DNA of 64,000 nt from an uncultured bacterium. Its GTDB lineage: Bacteria > Acidobacteriota > Thermoanaerobaculia > Multivoradales > JAHZIX01. Positions 1 through 9,743 of the stretch are shown here, in pieces. The DNA is taken from contig CBDUPA010000002.1 in assembly GCA_965368975.1 (NCBI GenBank), positions 288,001-352,000 on the forward strand, read 5' to 3'. Numbering within the stretch: position 1 is the first letter of the stretch; the number at the start of each line of letters is the position of its first letter. The notes beneath the pieces are model-generated. The model had not been told where the DNA came from and made no database searches. It saw only the letters and a program-made list of their open reading frames with translations. Both the position numbers and the translations under genes were made by a program.

Positions 1-828
1 GATCGGTCTAACGGCCATGGCGCGCAGCATGTCCGGCGTCACGATGTCCGCCACCGAGACTCCGACGAAGACGTCGGCGCCCTGCATTGCATCGATCAAC
101 GAACGGCGGTCCGTCTCGGCCGCGAACTCTTGCTTGTGTGGCGCCAGGTCCGTGCGGCCCGTGTGCACGACACCTTTACTGTCGCATAGCAGCACGTTTT
201 CCTGCCGCACCCCCATCTCCAGATACAGGCGCAAGCAGCCGATCGCCGCGGCGCCAGCCCCCGAGAAGACGACCTTGATCTCATCGATCCTCTTGCCCAC
301 CAGCTCCAGCGCGTTGCGCAACGCGGCACCGGAGATGATCGCCGTGCCATGCTGGTCGTCATGAAACACCGGGATGTTCATCTCGGCTTCCAGTCGGCGC
401 TCGATCTCAAAGCACTCGGGTGCCCGGATGTCCTCCAGATTGATGCCGCCGAAGGTCGGCTCCAGCAGCTGGACGACGCGAATGAACTCCTCAATGTCCT
501 CGGTCGCCACTTCGAGATCGAACACATCAATGTCCGCAAAGCGCTTGAACAGGACGCCCTTGCCCTCCATCACCGGCTTGCCCGCCTGGGCGCCAATGTT
601 GCCCAGGCCGAGGACCGCCGTACCGTTGGAGATCACGCCAACCAGGTTTCCCTTGGCCGTATAGTCGTAAGCCTTGAGCGGATCCTTGTGGATCTCCTTG
701 CAGGGCTCGGCGACACCTGGACTGTAGGCCAGCGACAGGTCCCGCTGGGTCGCGGTCGGCTTGGTGGGCACGACTTCGATCTTGCCCTTGCGTCCACGGG
801 AGTGGTAGTCGAGCGCATCTTGCTTCAT
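1..828 (-). CDS. maeB: NADP-dependent malic enzyme, N-terminal part (runs off the window edge)
   Basis: Not in the ORF track (no stop codon in the window). The minus strand from ATG 828 reads [43 protein letters not shown]...[17 protein letters not shown]...[25 protein letters not shown] upstream. Confidence 0.93.
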   Translation of the reverse strand, partial: MKQDALDYHSRGRKGKIEVVPTKPTATQRDLSLAYSPGVAEPCKEIHKDPLKAYDYTAKGNLVGVISNGTAVLGLGNIGAQAGKPVMEGKGVLFKRFADIDVFDLEVATEDIEEFIRVVQLLEPTFGGINLEDIRAPECFEIERRLEAEMNIPVFHDDQHGTAIISGAALRNALELVGKRIDEIKVVFSGAGAAAIGCLRLYLEMGVRQENVLLCDSKGVVHTGRTDLAPHKQEFAAETDRRSLIDAMQGADVFVGVSVADIVTPDMLRAMAVRPI

Positions 829-910
829 CTGGGGGAGTTCCTTCCTTGTGGTACTTTGGAGTCTCACAGTCTACTGCTTCCAAAGAGATCTCCCAAGCCG
901 ACAACCTTCC

Positions 911-2155
911 ATGCCCGTCGAACCTGCCACCGCATCAACCTCTGCCGTGCAGCCGCATCCGAAGGATCTCAACACGGCGCCCAATGCCCTGGCTCCAGGC
1001 TACAGCGCCTTCCGCGTCGACCAGCGCTTGTTGCTCAGCGGTCATTCGCACCAGGCCTGGCCGGACTGCGCACGCGAGGCACAATTGCAGGCGTACGACG
1101 ATGCGGCCCGCGATGTCGACGCCAAGTGGACGCGCGCCTTCGAGCAGGCGGCGCGGGTGCGTCGAGGCTACGCACAGCTGCTCGGCGACGCGACCGACAC
1201 CCACGTCACCTTGGCCAGCAACACACACGACCTGCTCGTGCGTCTGCTCTCGGCGCTGCCTTTGCGCCGGCGCCCACGCTTGGTGACCACCGACGGTGAG
1301 TTCCACTCGGCACGCCGGCAGCTACAGCGGCTGGCAGAAGAGGGCCTGGAGGTCGTCTGGGTGCCGGCCCAACCGGTCGACACCCTGGCCGAGCGCTTGA
1401 CTGCAGAGGTCCAGGGCGATCACGGCGACCGAACTGCCCTGGTCATGGTCTCGGCCGTGCTGTTCCGTACCGGCCACGTCGTCTCCGGCCTCGGAGACGT
1501 GCTGCGCGCCTGCCGCCGCGTCGGTGCCGAACTCCTGGTCGACGTCTACCACGCCCTTGGCGTCGTGCCTTTCCGCTTGGCCGAGCAAGGCCTGGAGGAC
1601 GCCTTCGTGGTCGGCGGCGGCTACAAGTACCTGCAACTGGGCGAAGGCAATTGCTTCCTACGCTTCCCGGCGGATCGTTGGCTGCGCCCCGTGATCACCG
1701 GCTGGTTCAGCGAGTTCAGTGCACTGGCCGCTCCCGATGGCGATGATCGCGTCGACTACGGCCAAGGAGGCGATGTCTTCGCCGGTGCCACCTACGACCC
1801 GGTGAGCCACTACCGAGGCGCCCGGGTCTTCGACTTCTTCGATGAAAAGGGCTTGACGCCCGCGTTTCTGCGCCAGGTAAGCCTGTACCAGGTCGGCCTC
1901 CTGCGGACCGAGGCCGAAGCGTTGGATGCCCCGCCGCAACGGCTCAGGATCGTAGATCCCGACCTCTCGCCTGAGAGGCGAGGTGGCTTCCTGGCCCTCG
2001 AGAGTCCGGAGGCCGAGATCTTGAGCCAGCGCCTGCGCGACGCCGGCGTCTCGACCGACAGCCGCGGAGACATCCTGCGTCTCGGTCCCGCTCCTTACTT
2101 GTGCGACTCCCAACTGCGCGACGCCGTCGCGATTCTTGGAGACCTGCTCCGATGA
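911..2155 (+). CDS. Kynureninase-like PLP-dependent enzyme (aminotransferase class V)
   Basis: Motifs LLSGHSHQAWPD, DVYHALG, PLP-lysine GGGYKYLQLGEG, P-I-T-G-W-F and LRLGPAPY. ATG 911 chosen as start. Confidence 0.8.
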   Translation: MPVEPATASTSAVQPHPKDLNTAPNALAPGYSAFRVDQRLLLSGHSHQAWPDCAREAQLQAYDDAARDVDAKWTRAFEQAARVRRGYAQLLGDATDTHVTLASNTHDLLVRLLSALPLRRRPRLVTTDGEFHSARRQLQRLAEEGLEVVWVPAQPVDTLAERLTAEVQGDHGDRTALVMVSAVLFRTGHVVSGLGDVLRACRRVGAELLVDVYHALGVVPFRLAEQGLEDAFVVGGGYKYLQLGEGNCFLRFPADRWLRPVITGWFSEFSALAAPDGDDRVDYGQGGDVFAGATYDPVSHYRGARVFDFFDEKGLTPAFLRQVSLYQVGLLRTEAEALDAPPQRLRIVDPDLSPERRGGFLALESPEAEILSQRLRDAGVSTDSRGDILRLGPAPYLCDSQLRDAVAILGDLLR

Positions 2156-2805
2156 TCAACCTCACTCCCGCCATGCTCGATCACCTGCAGCGAGCTACCG
2201 CTCTCGGCCTATGGCACGCCGGTGCCGTGCGCGTCAACGTCGAGGAGCCGTTCACGTTAGCGTCCGGCAAGAAGAGCCCGATCTACGTCAACTGCCGTCA
2301 GGTGATCTCCAGCCCGGCCTTCCTGCAGCTCTTCACCTCCTACGTACGCCTGCGCCTTGACGCCGGTGAGTTCGACTTCGACGCCGCCGCCGGTGGCGAA
2401 ACCGCTGGTATCCCCTTCGCCGCCTATCTCGCGCGCGACCTGGCCAAGCCGATGCTCTACGTGCGCAAGAAAGCCAAGGGCTACGGCATCGCGTCGAAAG
2501 TCGAGGGCACGGTGCAGCCGGGCTGGAAGGTACTGCTGGTCGAAGACCTGATCACGGACGGAGGCAGCAAGATCGGCTTCTTGGATGCCTTACGCGCTGC
2601 CGAAGCCGAGGTGACAGACGCACTGGTGCTGTTCGATCGCCAGCAGGGCGGCACCGAGCTGATGGCGGAGCACGGTGTGCGCCTGCATGCCGTGTCGGAT
2701 CGGGCGGCGGTGCTGGATGTCGCCGAGCGTCACGGGCTGCTGAGCGTCGGGGAACGCCAGGTGGTGGACGCCTACTTTGCTAACCCGGATGGCTGGCACC
2801 CGTAG
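2152..2805 (+). CDS. pyrE: Orotate phosphoribosyltransferase
   Basis: FTLASGKKSPIYVNCR, YVRKKAKGYG and PRPP motif LLVEDLITDGGSK. ATGA overlap with the upstream gene. Confidence 0.9.
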   Translation: MINLTPAMLDHLQRATALGLWHAGAVRVNVEEPFTLASGKKSPIYVNCRQVISSPAFLQLFTSYVRLRLDAGEFDFDAAAGGETAGIPFAAYLARDLAKPMLYVRKKAKGYGIASKVEGTVQPGWKVLLVEDLITDGGSKIGFLDALRAAEAEVTDALVLFDRQQGGTELMAEHGVRLHAVSDRAAVLDVAERHGLLSVGERQVVDAYFANPDGWHP

Positions 2806-2841
2806 GTTTCTTTGTGTAGACTCTTGTGTGAAGGGGGTCTC

Positions 2842-3042
2842 ATGGCCACGAATCTCGACATCGATACTGTGCTTCTTCGAGAAGCACAGCAGATCGGCGG
2901 CTACCGCACCAAGAAGGAAACCGTCAACAACGCGCTCTCCGAGTTCGTCAAGCGACGTAAGCAGCTTGAGATTCTCGATCTCTTCGGGCGCCTCGACCCA
3001 GATCCAGACTACGACTACAAAGCAGCTCGAAAAGCGCGCTGA
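2842..3042 (+). CDS. vapB: VapB-family antitoxin
   Basis: MATNLDIDTVLLREAQQIGGYRTKKETVNNALSEFV pattern; its stop overlaps the start of the PIN gene. Confidence 0.88.
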   Translation: MATNLDIDTVLLREAQQIGGYRTKKETVNNALSEFVKRRKQLEILDLFGRLDPDPDYDYKAARKAR

Positions 3043-3452
3043 TGTCCAGCGTCCTGGTAGACACCTGCATCTGGTCGCTCGCACTGCGCCGGAACGAGCC
3101 CGGCGACCACCACCTGACCCAGAAACTGGCGAATCTCATTCGTGATCATCGAGCCCTGATGGTCGGCCCGATTCGGCAAGAACTCCTGTCCGGGTACAGC
3201 GACCTGGACCGCTTCGAGACCCTACGCAGCAAGCTGGCGCCCTTCGACAACTTTCCCATCCAGAGTTCGGACTACGAGACTGCCGCACGCTTTTCGAATC
3301 TTTGTCGCCGCAGGGGCATCCAGGGTTCGCCTGTAGACTTCCTGATTTGCGCCGTAGCCTACCGCGCAAAGAGTCCCATCTTCACTGTCGATCAAGACTT
3401 CGAACACTTCGCGCAGCATCTCGACATCTCTCTGTTCCCTACTGCACCGTGA
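3042..3452 (+). CDS. vapC: VapC PIN-domain toxin
   Basis: VLVDTCIWS...QELLSG...DFLICAVA...IFTVDQDFEH acidic PIN motifs. Confidence 0.9.
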   Translation: MSSVLVDTCIWSLALRRNEPGDHHLTQKLANLIRDHRALMVGPIRQELLSGYSDLDRFETLRSKLAPFDNFPIQSSDYETAARFSNLCRRRGIQGSPVDFLICAVAYRAKSPIFTVDQDFEHFAQHLDISLFPTAP

Positions 3453-5937
3453 CCCACACGCGCCGCGATCTTGCATCCCGATACGGAATCTCGACCTGGA
3501 AGCTGTGCCGCCCCGGCACTAAAGGCCAGCGCGCGGTGTACGGATAGTCGACCAGCTGGTATGGCTGGCCGTCGACCAGCCACAACACCTGCTCGACCCG
3601 CGGATCGACCACGACTTTCAAGGCCAGGGTCGCGCGTTCGGCCGGCATTTCCGGATCACGCAGGAGCTGCGCTTCCGGTTCCGGTGACGTGAGGGTGAGC
3701 CGAGGGGGTTCGAGGCTGGTGGCCGGGCGGATCTGGCCGTCGAGCCGAGGGAGCGCGCGAGCGGAGACGGGATCGAGGTCAAGAGGGCTGAGCTGCTGCG
3801 GTGGCGGGATCAAGCCGACCACGACGGCCCAGGAAGCGTAGTGCGGCGGTAGCTGGACGAAGGGACGGATCTCGACCTCGGCGGTCGGTGTATGACCACC
3901 AGCCAGCAGACCGTTGCGCCGATCGATAGCGCGCAAGAGGTGCGCGGTGCAAGGATCTACCGGAGCCTGACCCGAGGCGAACCACTCCCGCGTCACGCGA
4001 TCGCAGGCCGGGCTGGCGCGCGCGCCGGTGAGCGCGCACAGCCGGACACTCTCGTGGCCACGCGGCGGCGGGAAGGAGCCATCCTCGAGACCATCGAGCT
4101 GGTCCGGGTGCAGAGACACCAGGATTGCGTGCACCAGGCTGGCACCGGCACGGTAGCCGGAAAGACCCTGCATCGGGCGGTAGTCCGGATGACCGACCCA
4201 GGCGCCGACCAGGTAGCGCTCAGACCACGCGACGGCCCAGGCATCGCGATACTGGGACGACGTCCCCGTCTTGACCGCGACGGGGAACGGAAATTCGGCG
4301 TGCCCCATCCGCGGGAAACTCGGCAGGCGTGCCATGGGATCAGCGAGAAAGAGAGCGAGTTGCCGTGCGGTGGCTTCAGACAGCACTCGGCGCTCGGGGC
4401 CAGAATCACCCGCAACCCAGACCAGCTCGCCGAGCAGCCCATCGTTGGCCAGCACGGAATAGGCAGTCATCAACCGCTCGAGCGTGACAGGAAGCGCCCC
4501 GATGGCCAGACCCAGGCCATAGTAGCGAGCGCTCTGGTTGCGCTCGTGCAGACCCAGATCGGCGAAGTGACTGTAGACCTCATCCAGGCCCAGCTGCCGC
4601 AGCAACACGACGGCCGGCACGTTACGGGAGTTGCCAAGCGCGACACGCGGCAGCTGCGGACCGAGGAAACGGTGGTCCGCGTTGCCAACGCCGCTCGGTC
4701 CACGGTCGAGATCGTCGAGGACAGTGGCCGGCGTAATCCGTCCGCGCTCGAGGGCCAAGGCATAGAGAAACGGCTTGAGAGTGCTGCCCGGAGAGCGCTC
4801 GATGCGCGCGTAGTCGATGGCGCCAGCTCGGCTCTCGTCGAAGTAGCTGGAGGATCCGACCCAGGCCAGCACCTCGCGACTGCGACGATCGAGAACGATC
4901 ACGGCCGCGTTGCCGGCACCGCGGCTCTGCCAGGCGTCGAGGCTGTTGCGCACGTGCCAGGTGGCGGTGCGCTGGATGTCCAGGTCGAGCGTGGTGGTGA
5001 CACGGGGTGCACGCTGCAGGCGCTGACGCTCGGCGGCTGGTAGGTCGGGGCGGCCGAGGCGTTCGCGCAGGTAGAGAACCGCGTGCAGGGCTTCCTCGGG
5101 TCGCTGTTCGCGCGCCGGGATGGGCAGGTGGCGGATCTGCTGGCGTGCCAGCTGGTATTCCTCGTCGTTCAGGTGTCCCTCTCCGTGCAGCAAGTCGAGG
5201 ATGCGCAGGCCGCGCCGCGTGGCGCGCGCCTTGCCCAGCGGCCGGAAGGGATTGTGCCGTGACGGCGACTGGGGGATGGCTGCCAGGAAGGCGACTTCGG
5301 CCCAGCTGAGATCCTCCACCGGCTTGTCGAGATAGCGGCGCGCGGCATAGCGGATGCCGTAGACCTGGTTGCCGTAGGGCACGATGCGCAAGTAGTGCCG
5401 CAACACCGCGTCACGGCCGTGACGGCTGGTCAGTGCCAGCGCGATCAAGCCTTCGAGGGCCTTGTTGACATAGGTCCTGGCACCAGGCTGCTGCATGCGC
5501 GCCACCTGCATGGCCAGCGTCGAAGCACCGGAAACGCGGTCGGCGGAGCGTAGGTTCTGAACCAGGGCGCGCGCCACTGCACGCGCGTCAACACCTGGAT
5601 GACGACGAAAACGTCGATCCTCGACCGCCAGCGTCGCCGCCACAACGCGCTCGGGCAGCTCGAGAACCGGCCAGTAGCCGTACCCGACGTCCGGGTCGAC
5701 CTGCCCCGCGCCGGAGCTGATACCCGCGACCTCACCCAGGAAGCGGCCGTGTCGATCGCGCAGCAGCAGCGTGGCCTGCGGCGACTCCAGGGTCGAGCGT
5801 TGCCAGATCATCACCAGCAGCCAGGCCAAGACTACGGCCAGCAGACCGGTGCACACCATGAGCACCCGCCGCCGGCGCACCGGTAACCGGCGCCAGGCCA
5901 AGACAAAGCGGGTCCAAAGCTGTCGCAGGCGAGCCAC
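3439..5937 (-). CDS. pbpC: Penicillin-binding protein 1C (transglycosylase/transpeptidase)
   Basis: EDRRF..HPGVD, GASTL-MQVAR, SPGSTLKPF, SRN and KTGTS motifs plus a PBP1C-type C-terminal domain. GTG 5937 chosen as start. Confidence 0.88.
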   Translation of the reverse strand: MARLRQLWTRFVLAWRRLPVRRRRVLMVCTGLLAVVLAWLLVMIWQRSTLESPQATLLLRDRHGRFLGEVAGISSGAGQVDPDVGYGYWPVLELPERVVAATLAVEDRRFRRHPGVDARAVARALVQNLRSADRVSGASTLAMQVARMQQPGARTYVNKALEGLIALALTSRHGRDAVLRHYLRIVPYGNQVYGIRYAARRYLDKPVEDLSWAEVAFLAAIPQSPSRHNPFRPLGKARATRRGLRILDLLHGEGHLNDEEYQLARQQIRHLPIPAREQRPEEALHAVLYLRERLGRPDLPAAERQRLQRAPRVTTTLDLDIQRTATWHVRNSLDAWQSRGAGNAAVIVLDRRSREVLAWVGSSSYFDESRAGAIDYARIERSPGSTLKPFLYALALERGRITPATVLDDLDRGPSGVGNADHRFLGPQLPRVALGNSRNVPAVVLLRQLGLDEVYSHFADLGLHERNQSARYYGLGLAIGALPVTLERLMTAYSVLANDGLLGELVWVAGDSGPERRVLSEATARQLALFLADPMARLPSFPRMGHAEFPFPVAVKTGTSSQYRDAWAVAWSERYLVGAWVGHPDYRPMQGLSGYRAGASLVHAILVSLHPDQLDGLEDGSFPPPRGHESVRLCALTGARASPACDRVTREWFASGQAPVDPCTAHLLRAIDRRNGLLAGGHTPTAEVEIRPFVQLPPHYASWAVVVGLIPPPQQLSPLDLDPVSARALPRLDGQIRPATSLEPPRLTLTSPEPEAQLLRDPEMPAERATLALKVVVDPRVEQVLWLVDGQPYQLVDYPYTARWPLVPGRHSFQVEIPYRDARSRRVWVTVQ

Positions 5938-6006
5938 GCGTCTATTCTCTCCCGTCTTGCAGCGCACTGCTAGAATCGAAACACCAACCCGCATCCAGGA
6001 GGCACC

Positions 6007-7029
6007 ATGCTCGGCATCCGCTTCATCAAGGTCCAGCCGACCGACTATGTCTTGCAGTACCGCCGCGGCCAACTCAAGCGGCAGGGCGCTGGCCTGTCGT
6101 TCTTCTACTTCGGACCGACGTCATCGCTGGTGCGCATCCCGACCGGCAGCGTCGACGTACCCTTCATCTTCGAAGAGGTAACTGCGGACTTCCAGAGCGT
6201 CACCGTGCAGGGGCAGCTGACCTACCGCATCGCCGAACCACAGGTGCTGGCCGGGCTGATGAACTTCACCCTGGGCACCAACGGCCGCGACTACGTCTCC
6301 GAAGATCCACAGAAGCTCGACCAGCGACTGATCAACCACGTCAAGGTGCTGACCACGTCGTCGCTCAAGGCGCTGAGCCTGCGCCAAGCCCTGGCCAGTT
6401 CGGACGACTTGGTGTCGACGCTGCGTGCCGGACTCGGTGAATCCGAGGCCATCCGCGCGCTGGGCATCGAGATCCTGGGCCTGTCGATCCTCGCCATCCG
6501 CCCGACCCCCGAGACCGCGCGGGCGCTGGAAGCCGAAGCCCGCGAGCAGATCTTGCGCGAGGCGGACGAAGCGGTCTACGCGCGCCGCAACGCGGCAGTG
6601 GAACAAGAACGGGCAATCAAGGAGAACGAGCTCAGTACCGAGGTGGCAGTCGAGAACAAGAAGCGACAGATCGAAGAGGCCAGGATGGACGCCAAGATGG
6701 CGGTCCAACAAAAGAACCGCGAGCTGCAGGAAGCAGGCATGGAGGCCAACATTGCGCTCGAGGAACAGAAGAAGACGCTGGTCGAGTTGGCGACCGAGAA
6801 CGCGCGCCAGGAAGCCGATACCAAGGCCTACGGCGTCTCCGCCATGATGAAGGCGCTGTCCGAGACGGACGTCAAGGTACTGCAGGCGCTGGCTGCCTCC
6901 AAGATGGAGCCGGGGCAGTTGATCGCCCAGGCCTTCCGCGACCTGGCCGCGGACTCGTCCAAGATCGGTCAGCTCAACGTCTCGCCCGATCTGCTACGCG
7001 AACTGCTCGACGGTCCCACGGACCGTTGA
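6007..7029 (+). CDS. SPFH/Band 7 domain protein with coiled-coil C-terminus
   Basis: G-L-S-F-F-Y-F-G-P, TADFQ-VTVQGQLTYRI, followed by an EA-rich coiled coil. Confidence 0.85.
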   Translation: MLGIRFIKVQPTDYVLQYRRGQLKRQGAGLSFFYFGPTSSLVRIPTGSVDVPFIFEEVTADFQSVTVQGQLTYRIAEPQVLAGLMNFTLGTNGRDYVSEDPQKLDQRLINHVKVLTTSSLKALSLRQALASSDDLVSTLRAGLGESEAIRALGIEILGLSILAIRPTPETARALEAEAREQILREADEAVYARRNAAVEQERAIKENELSTEVAVENKKRQIEEARMDAKMAVQQKNRELQEAGMEANIALEEQKKTLVELATENARQEADTKAYGVSAMMKALSETDVKVLQALAASKMEPGQLIAQAFRDLAADSSKIGQLNVSPDLLRELLDGPTDR

Positions 7030-7039
7030 AGCACACCCC

Positions 7040-7972
7040 ATGCGAAAGAATGACGACAAGCTCGTCCTCGTGGTGCGCAAGACGCGTCTCGACGAGCTGG
7101 TCGCACGCTTCAACACCAAGTCGCAAGCGCGCTTCTACGTCGAGCACCTGGGGGCCGACTTTTCCGACTACCAGCTTGAGGACCAAGTCTACAAGGCAGC
7201 GGTGCGGCAAGTACGGGAAGAGCTGCAACAGCACGGCCGCGTCCACGTGGTGGACCGTGCTTTCTTGCCCAACTTCCTGTTCGGGCCACACGACCTCGTA
7301 ATCACCCTGGGCCAGGACGGCCTGGTCGCCAACGTTCTCAAGTACCTCGAGGGCCAGCCCGTGATTGGCGTCAACCCCGATCCGGCACGCTGGGAAGGCG
7401 TGCTGCTGCCATTTGAGCCCAGCGATCTGAGCCTGGTGGTGCCGGAGGTGATGTCCGACAAGCGATCGCGGCGCGAGGTCTCGATGGCCGAGGCACGTCT
7501 CAACGACGGCCAGACCCTACTCGGCGTCAACGACCTGTTCATCGGCCCCAAGAGCCACAGCTCGGCACGCTACGCCCTGCGCATCGGCGAGCGCGAGGAG
7601 CACCAGAGTTCGAGCGGCATCATTGTCTCGACCGGCCTCGGCTCGACCGGTTGGCTGCGCAGCATCGTCGCCGGAGCCGCCGGCATCGCGTCGCAGTTGT
7701 TGGAGCAGCCGCTCGAGACGCCGGCCGCCCGCTTCGACTGGGAGTCGGACTACCTCTGCTTCTCGGTGCGTGAACCGTGGCCCAGCACCACGACTTCAGC
7801 GAACATCACCTTCGGCCACATCACACGAAACACGCCGCTGCAGATCGTCTCGCAGATGCCCGAGCACGGCGTCATCTTCAGTGATGGCATGGAAAAGGAC
7901 TTCTTGCAGTTCAACTCCGGCGCCAAGGCCGAGATCAGCCTGGCGAAGACCAAGGGTCAGCTGGTCGTCTAG
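7040..7972 (+). CDS. NAD kinase-like (PpnK-type) protein
   Basis: LGQDGLVAN, GVNPDP, VNDLFIGP and SSGIIVSTGLGSTGW motifs. Confidence 0.8.
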   Translation: MRKNDDKLVLVVRKTRLDELVARFNTKSQARFYVEHLGADFSDYQLEDQVYKAAVRQVREELQQHGRVHVVDRAFLPNFLFGPHDLVITLGQDGLVANVLKYLEGQPVIGVNPDPARWEGVLLPFEPSDLSLVVPEVMSDKRSRREVSMAEARLNDGQTLLGVNDLFIGPKSHSSARYALRIGEREEHQSSSGIIVSTGLGSTGWLRSIVAGAAGIASQLLEQPLETPAARFDWESDYLCFSVREPWPSTTTSANITFGHITRNTPLQIVSQMPEHGVIFSDGMEKDFLQFNSGAKAEISLAKTKGQLVV

Positions 7973-7991
7973 ACTGCTAAGCTGCCGGCGC

Positions 7992-9287
7992 ATGATTCCC
8001 CGGCCGTACCTCATCCTCTTCACCCTCTGGCTGCTGCTCTTCTCCATGTTCAGCCAGGTGATGATCGTGTCGCCCATCCTGCTGCAGATCGGGGAAGAGC
8101 TGGACGTACCCGTGGCCCGCCTGGGCCTGCTGATCACCGCCTACGCGCTGAGCATGGGGGTGTGCGCACTCGCTACCGGTCCGGTTTCGGATCGGGTCGG
8201 ACGGCGGCGCGTGCTCTTGGTCGGTTCGCTGATCATGACCGTCGCGCTGCTGCTGCACGGCCTGGCCTGGAGCTTCGCGTCCTTGCTGGCACTGCGCGCG
8301 CTCGCCGGCTTGGCGGCCGGCATGGTCAGTGCCTCGGCGGTCGCCTTCGTCGGCGACTACTACCCGCCACACCGTCGTGGTTGGGCCAATGGCTGGACAC
8401 TCAGCGGTATCGCCGTCGGCCAGATCGCCGGCGTCCCCGCGGGCACGCTACTGGCCGACCACTTCGGCTTTCGTGCTCCATTCGTCGGCTGCGCGGCCTT
8501 GATGCTGGCCGTGAGCCTCATGATCTGGCGTGTCATCCCGCACCTGGACACCGGTTCCGGCAGCGAGCGGCTCACCATCGCCGGAGCCGCCCGTGGCTAT
8601 GCCGAACTTCTGCGTAGCAAGACCACCGCTGCCGCCGCGATGGTGTTCTTCCCGATGTTCGGCGGCATCACGCTCTTCCTCTCGTACTACCCCACCTGGC
8701 TGCGCAGCGAGCACGGGTTTTCCGGCGGCGACATCGCGGTGATGTACCTGCTCGGCGGTGTCGGCAACATCCTCTTCGGGCCACGTGCCGGACGCCTGTC
8801 GGACCGTGTCGGCCGCAAACCGGTGATCCTCTTCGCCTGCATCGGCCTCGCCGTGCTCAAGCTACTGGCCCCCCTGGCCGTCGACCACTGGACCGCCAAC
8901 GCGCTCTTCTTCGTCGTCCTCGGCTGTTTCGCCTGCCGTGGTGGGCCGATGCGCAGTCTGATCACTGAACTGGTCCCCAGCCACCAGCGCGGCTCACTCG
9001 TCAGCCTGACCGTCGCCTTCGGCCAGACCGGGCTGGCGCTCGGCGGCGCCCTCGCCGGTCCTATCTACATCCGCTTCGGCTTCGCCGCCTGCGCCATGTC
9101 AGCCGCCGCCACCGCCCTTGTCGCCGCCGCGGCCATCTGGCGGCTGGTACCGGAGTCCCTACCACCGGACAAGCGCACTGGCGCTAAAGCAGAGCCACCC
9201 CCGGCAGCACCAGGGGTGGGATCGGGAGCGGGCGCCATCGTGGTCGAAGTCTGCAAGGCTGAGCCCGCATCTACCCGAGTTGGCTGA
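7992..9287 (+). CDS. MFS transporter
   Basis: About 12 TM segments; motif A in both halves (GPVSDRVGRRRV, GRLSDRVGRKPV). Confidence 0.9.
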   Translation: MIPRPYLILFTLWLLLFSMFSQVMIVSPILLQIGEELDVPVARLGLLITAYALSMGVCALATGPVSDRVGRRRVLLVGSLIMTVALLLHGLAWSFASLLALRALAGLAAGMVSASAVAFVGDYYPPHRRGWANGWTLSGIAVGQIAGVPAGTLLADHFGFRAPFVGCAALMLAVSLMIWRVIPHLDTGSGSERLTIAGAARGYAELLRSKTTAAAAMVFFPMFGGITLFLSYYPTWLRSEHGFSGGDIAVMYLLGGVGNILFGPRAGRLSDRVGRKPVILFACIGLAVLKLLAPLAVDHWTANALFFVVLGCFACRGGPMRSLITELVPSHQRGSLVSLTVAFGQTGLALGGALAGPIYIRFGFAACAMSAAATALVAAAAIWRLVPESLPPDKRTGAKAEPPPAAPGVGSGAGAIVVEVCKAEPASTRVG

Positions 9288-9316
9288 CGTCTACATCCGA
9301 GTCTGCATTCTGCCTA

Positions 9317-9655
9317 CTAGTTCAGAGGCGTGCATGGTGGGCCTGGCACCGTCTGACAACCACCATAGAGACCCTGCATTCCGCCCGTGGCACAACCGGT
9401 ACCATTGAGCGCAGAACAAGTGGTCGTGCTACAAGCGAATTCGATAATCGGTTCAGTTGAGCCGTAGCAGGCACACGCACAAAGAGTCCCCGTTGAGGCC
9501 AGCGAGGGCTCCGGCGACATCAAAGGGATCTCTAGCTCAGCACTCTCTTCCTGCTCTGGCCCTGATGCAGTGTCCACAACTTCCCCGGGGGCGTCAGCCC
9601 ACAACGGGAAACTGACCAGGAACAAGCAGAACGTTAGCGTGATCATTCTCAGCAT
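9317..9655 (-). CDS. Small secreted Cys-rich protein (hypothetical)
   Basis: Signal peptide, acidic pro-like segment and a C-terminal region with 8 Cys. Strong AAGGAGA RBS upstream. Confidence 0.75.
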   Translation of the reverse strand: MLRMITLTFCLFLVSFPLWADAPGEVVDTASGPEQEESAELEIPLMSPEPSLASTGTLCACACYGSTEPIIEFACSTTTCSALNGTGCATGGMQGLYGGCQTVPGPPCTPLN

Positions 9656-9743
9656 TCACTTCTCCTTAATTCTGAATTGCGACTATTTCCTGAAGGCATT
9701 GTTGCAGATTCAGAAGTTCAAGAAAAGAGACGTAAGCGTGAAC

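Noticed and set aside
7623-7991. N-terminal extensions of track ORFs (MFS 7623, GHMP kinase 37533, PBP1C 6072, membrane protein 17265)
   Set aside because: They overlap neighbouring real genes and are low-complexity Arg/Pro/Ser-rich; downstream starts fit better.
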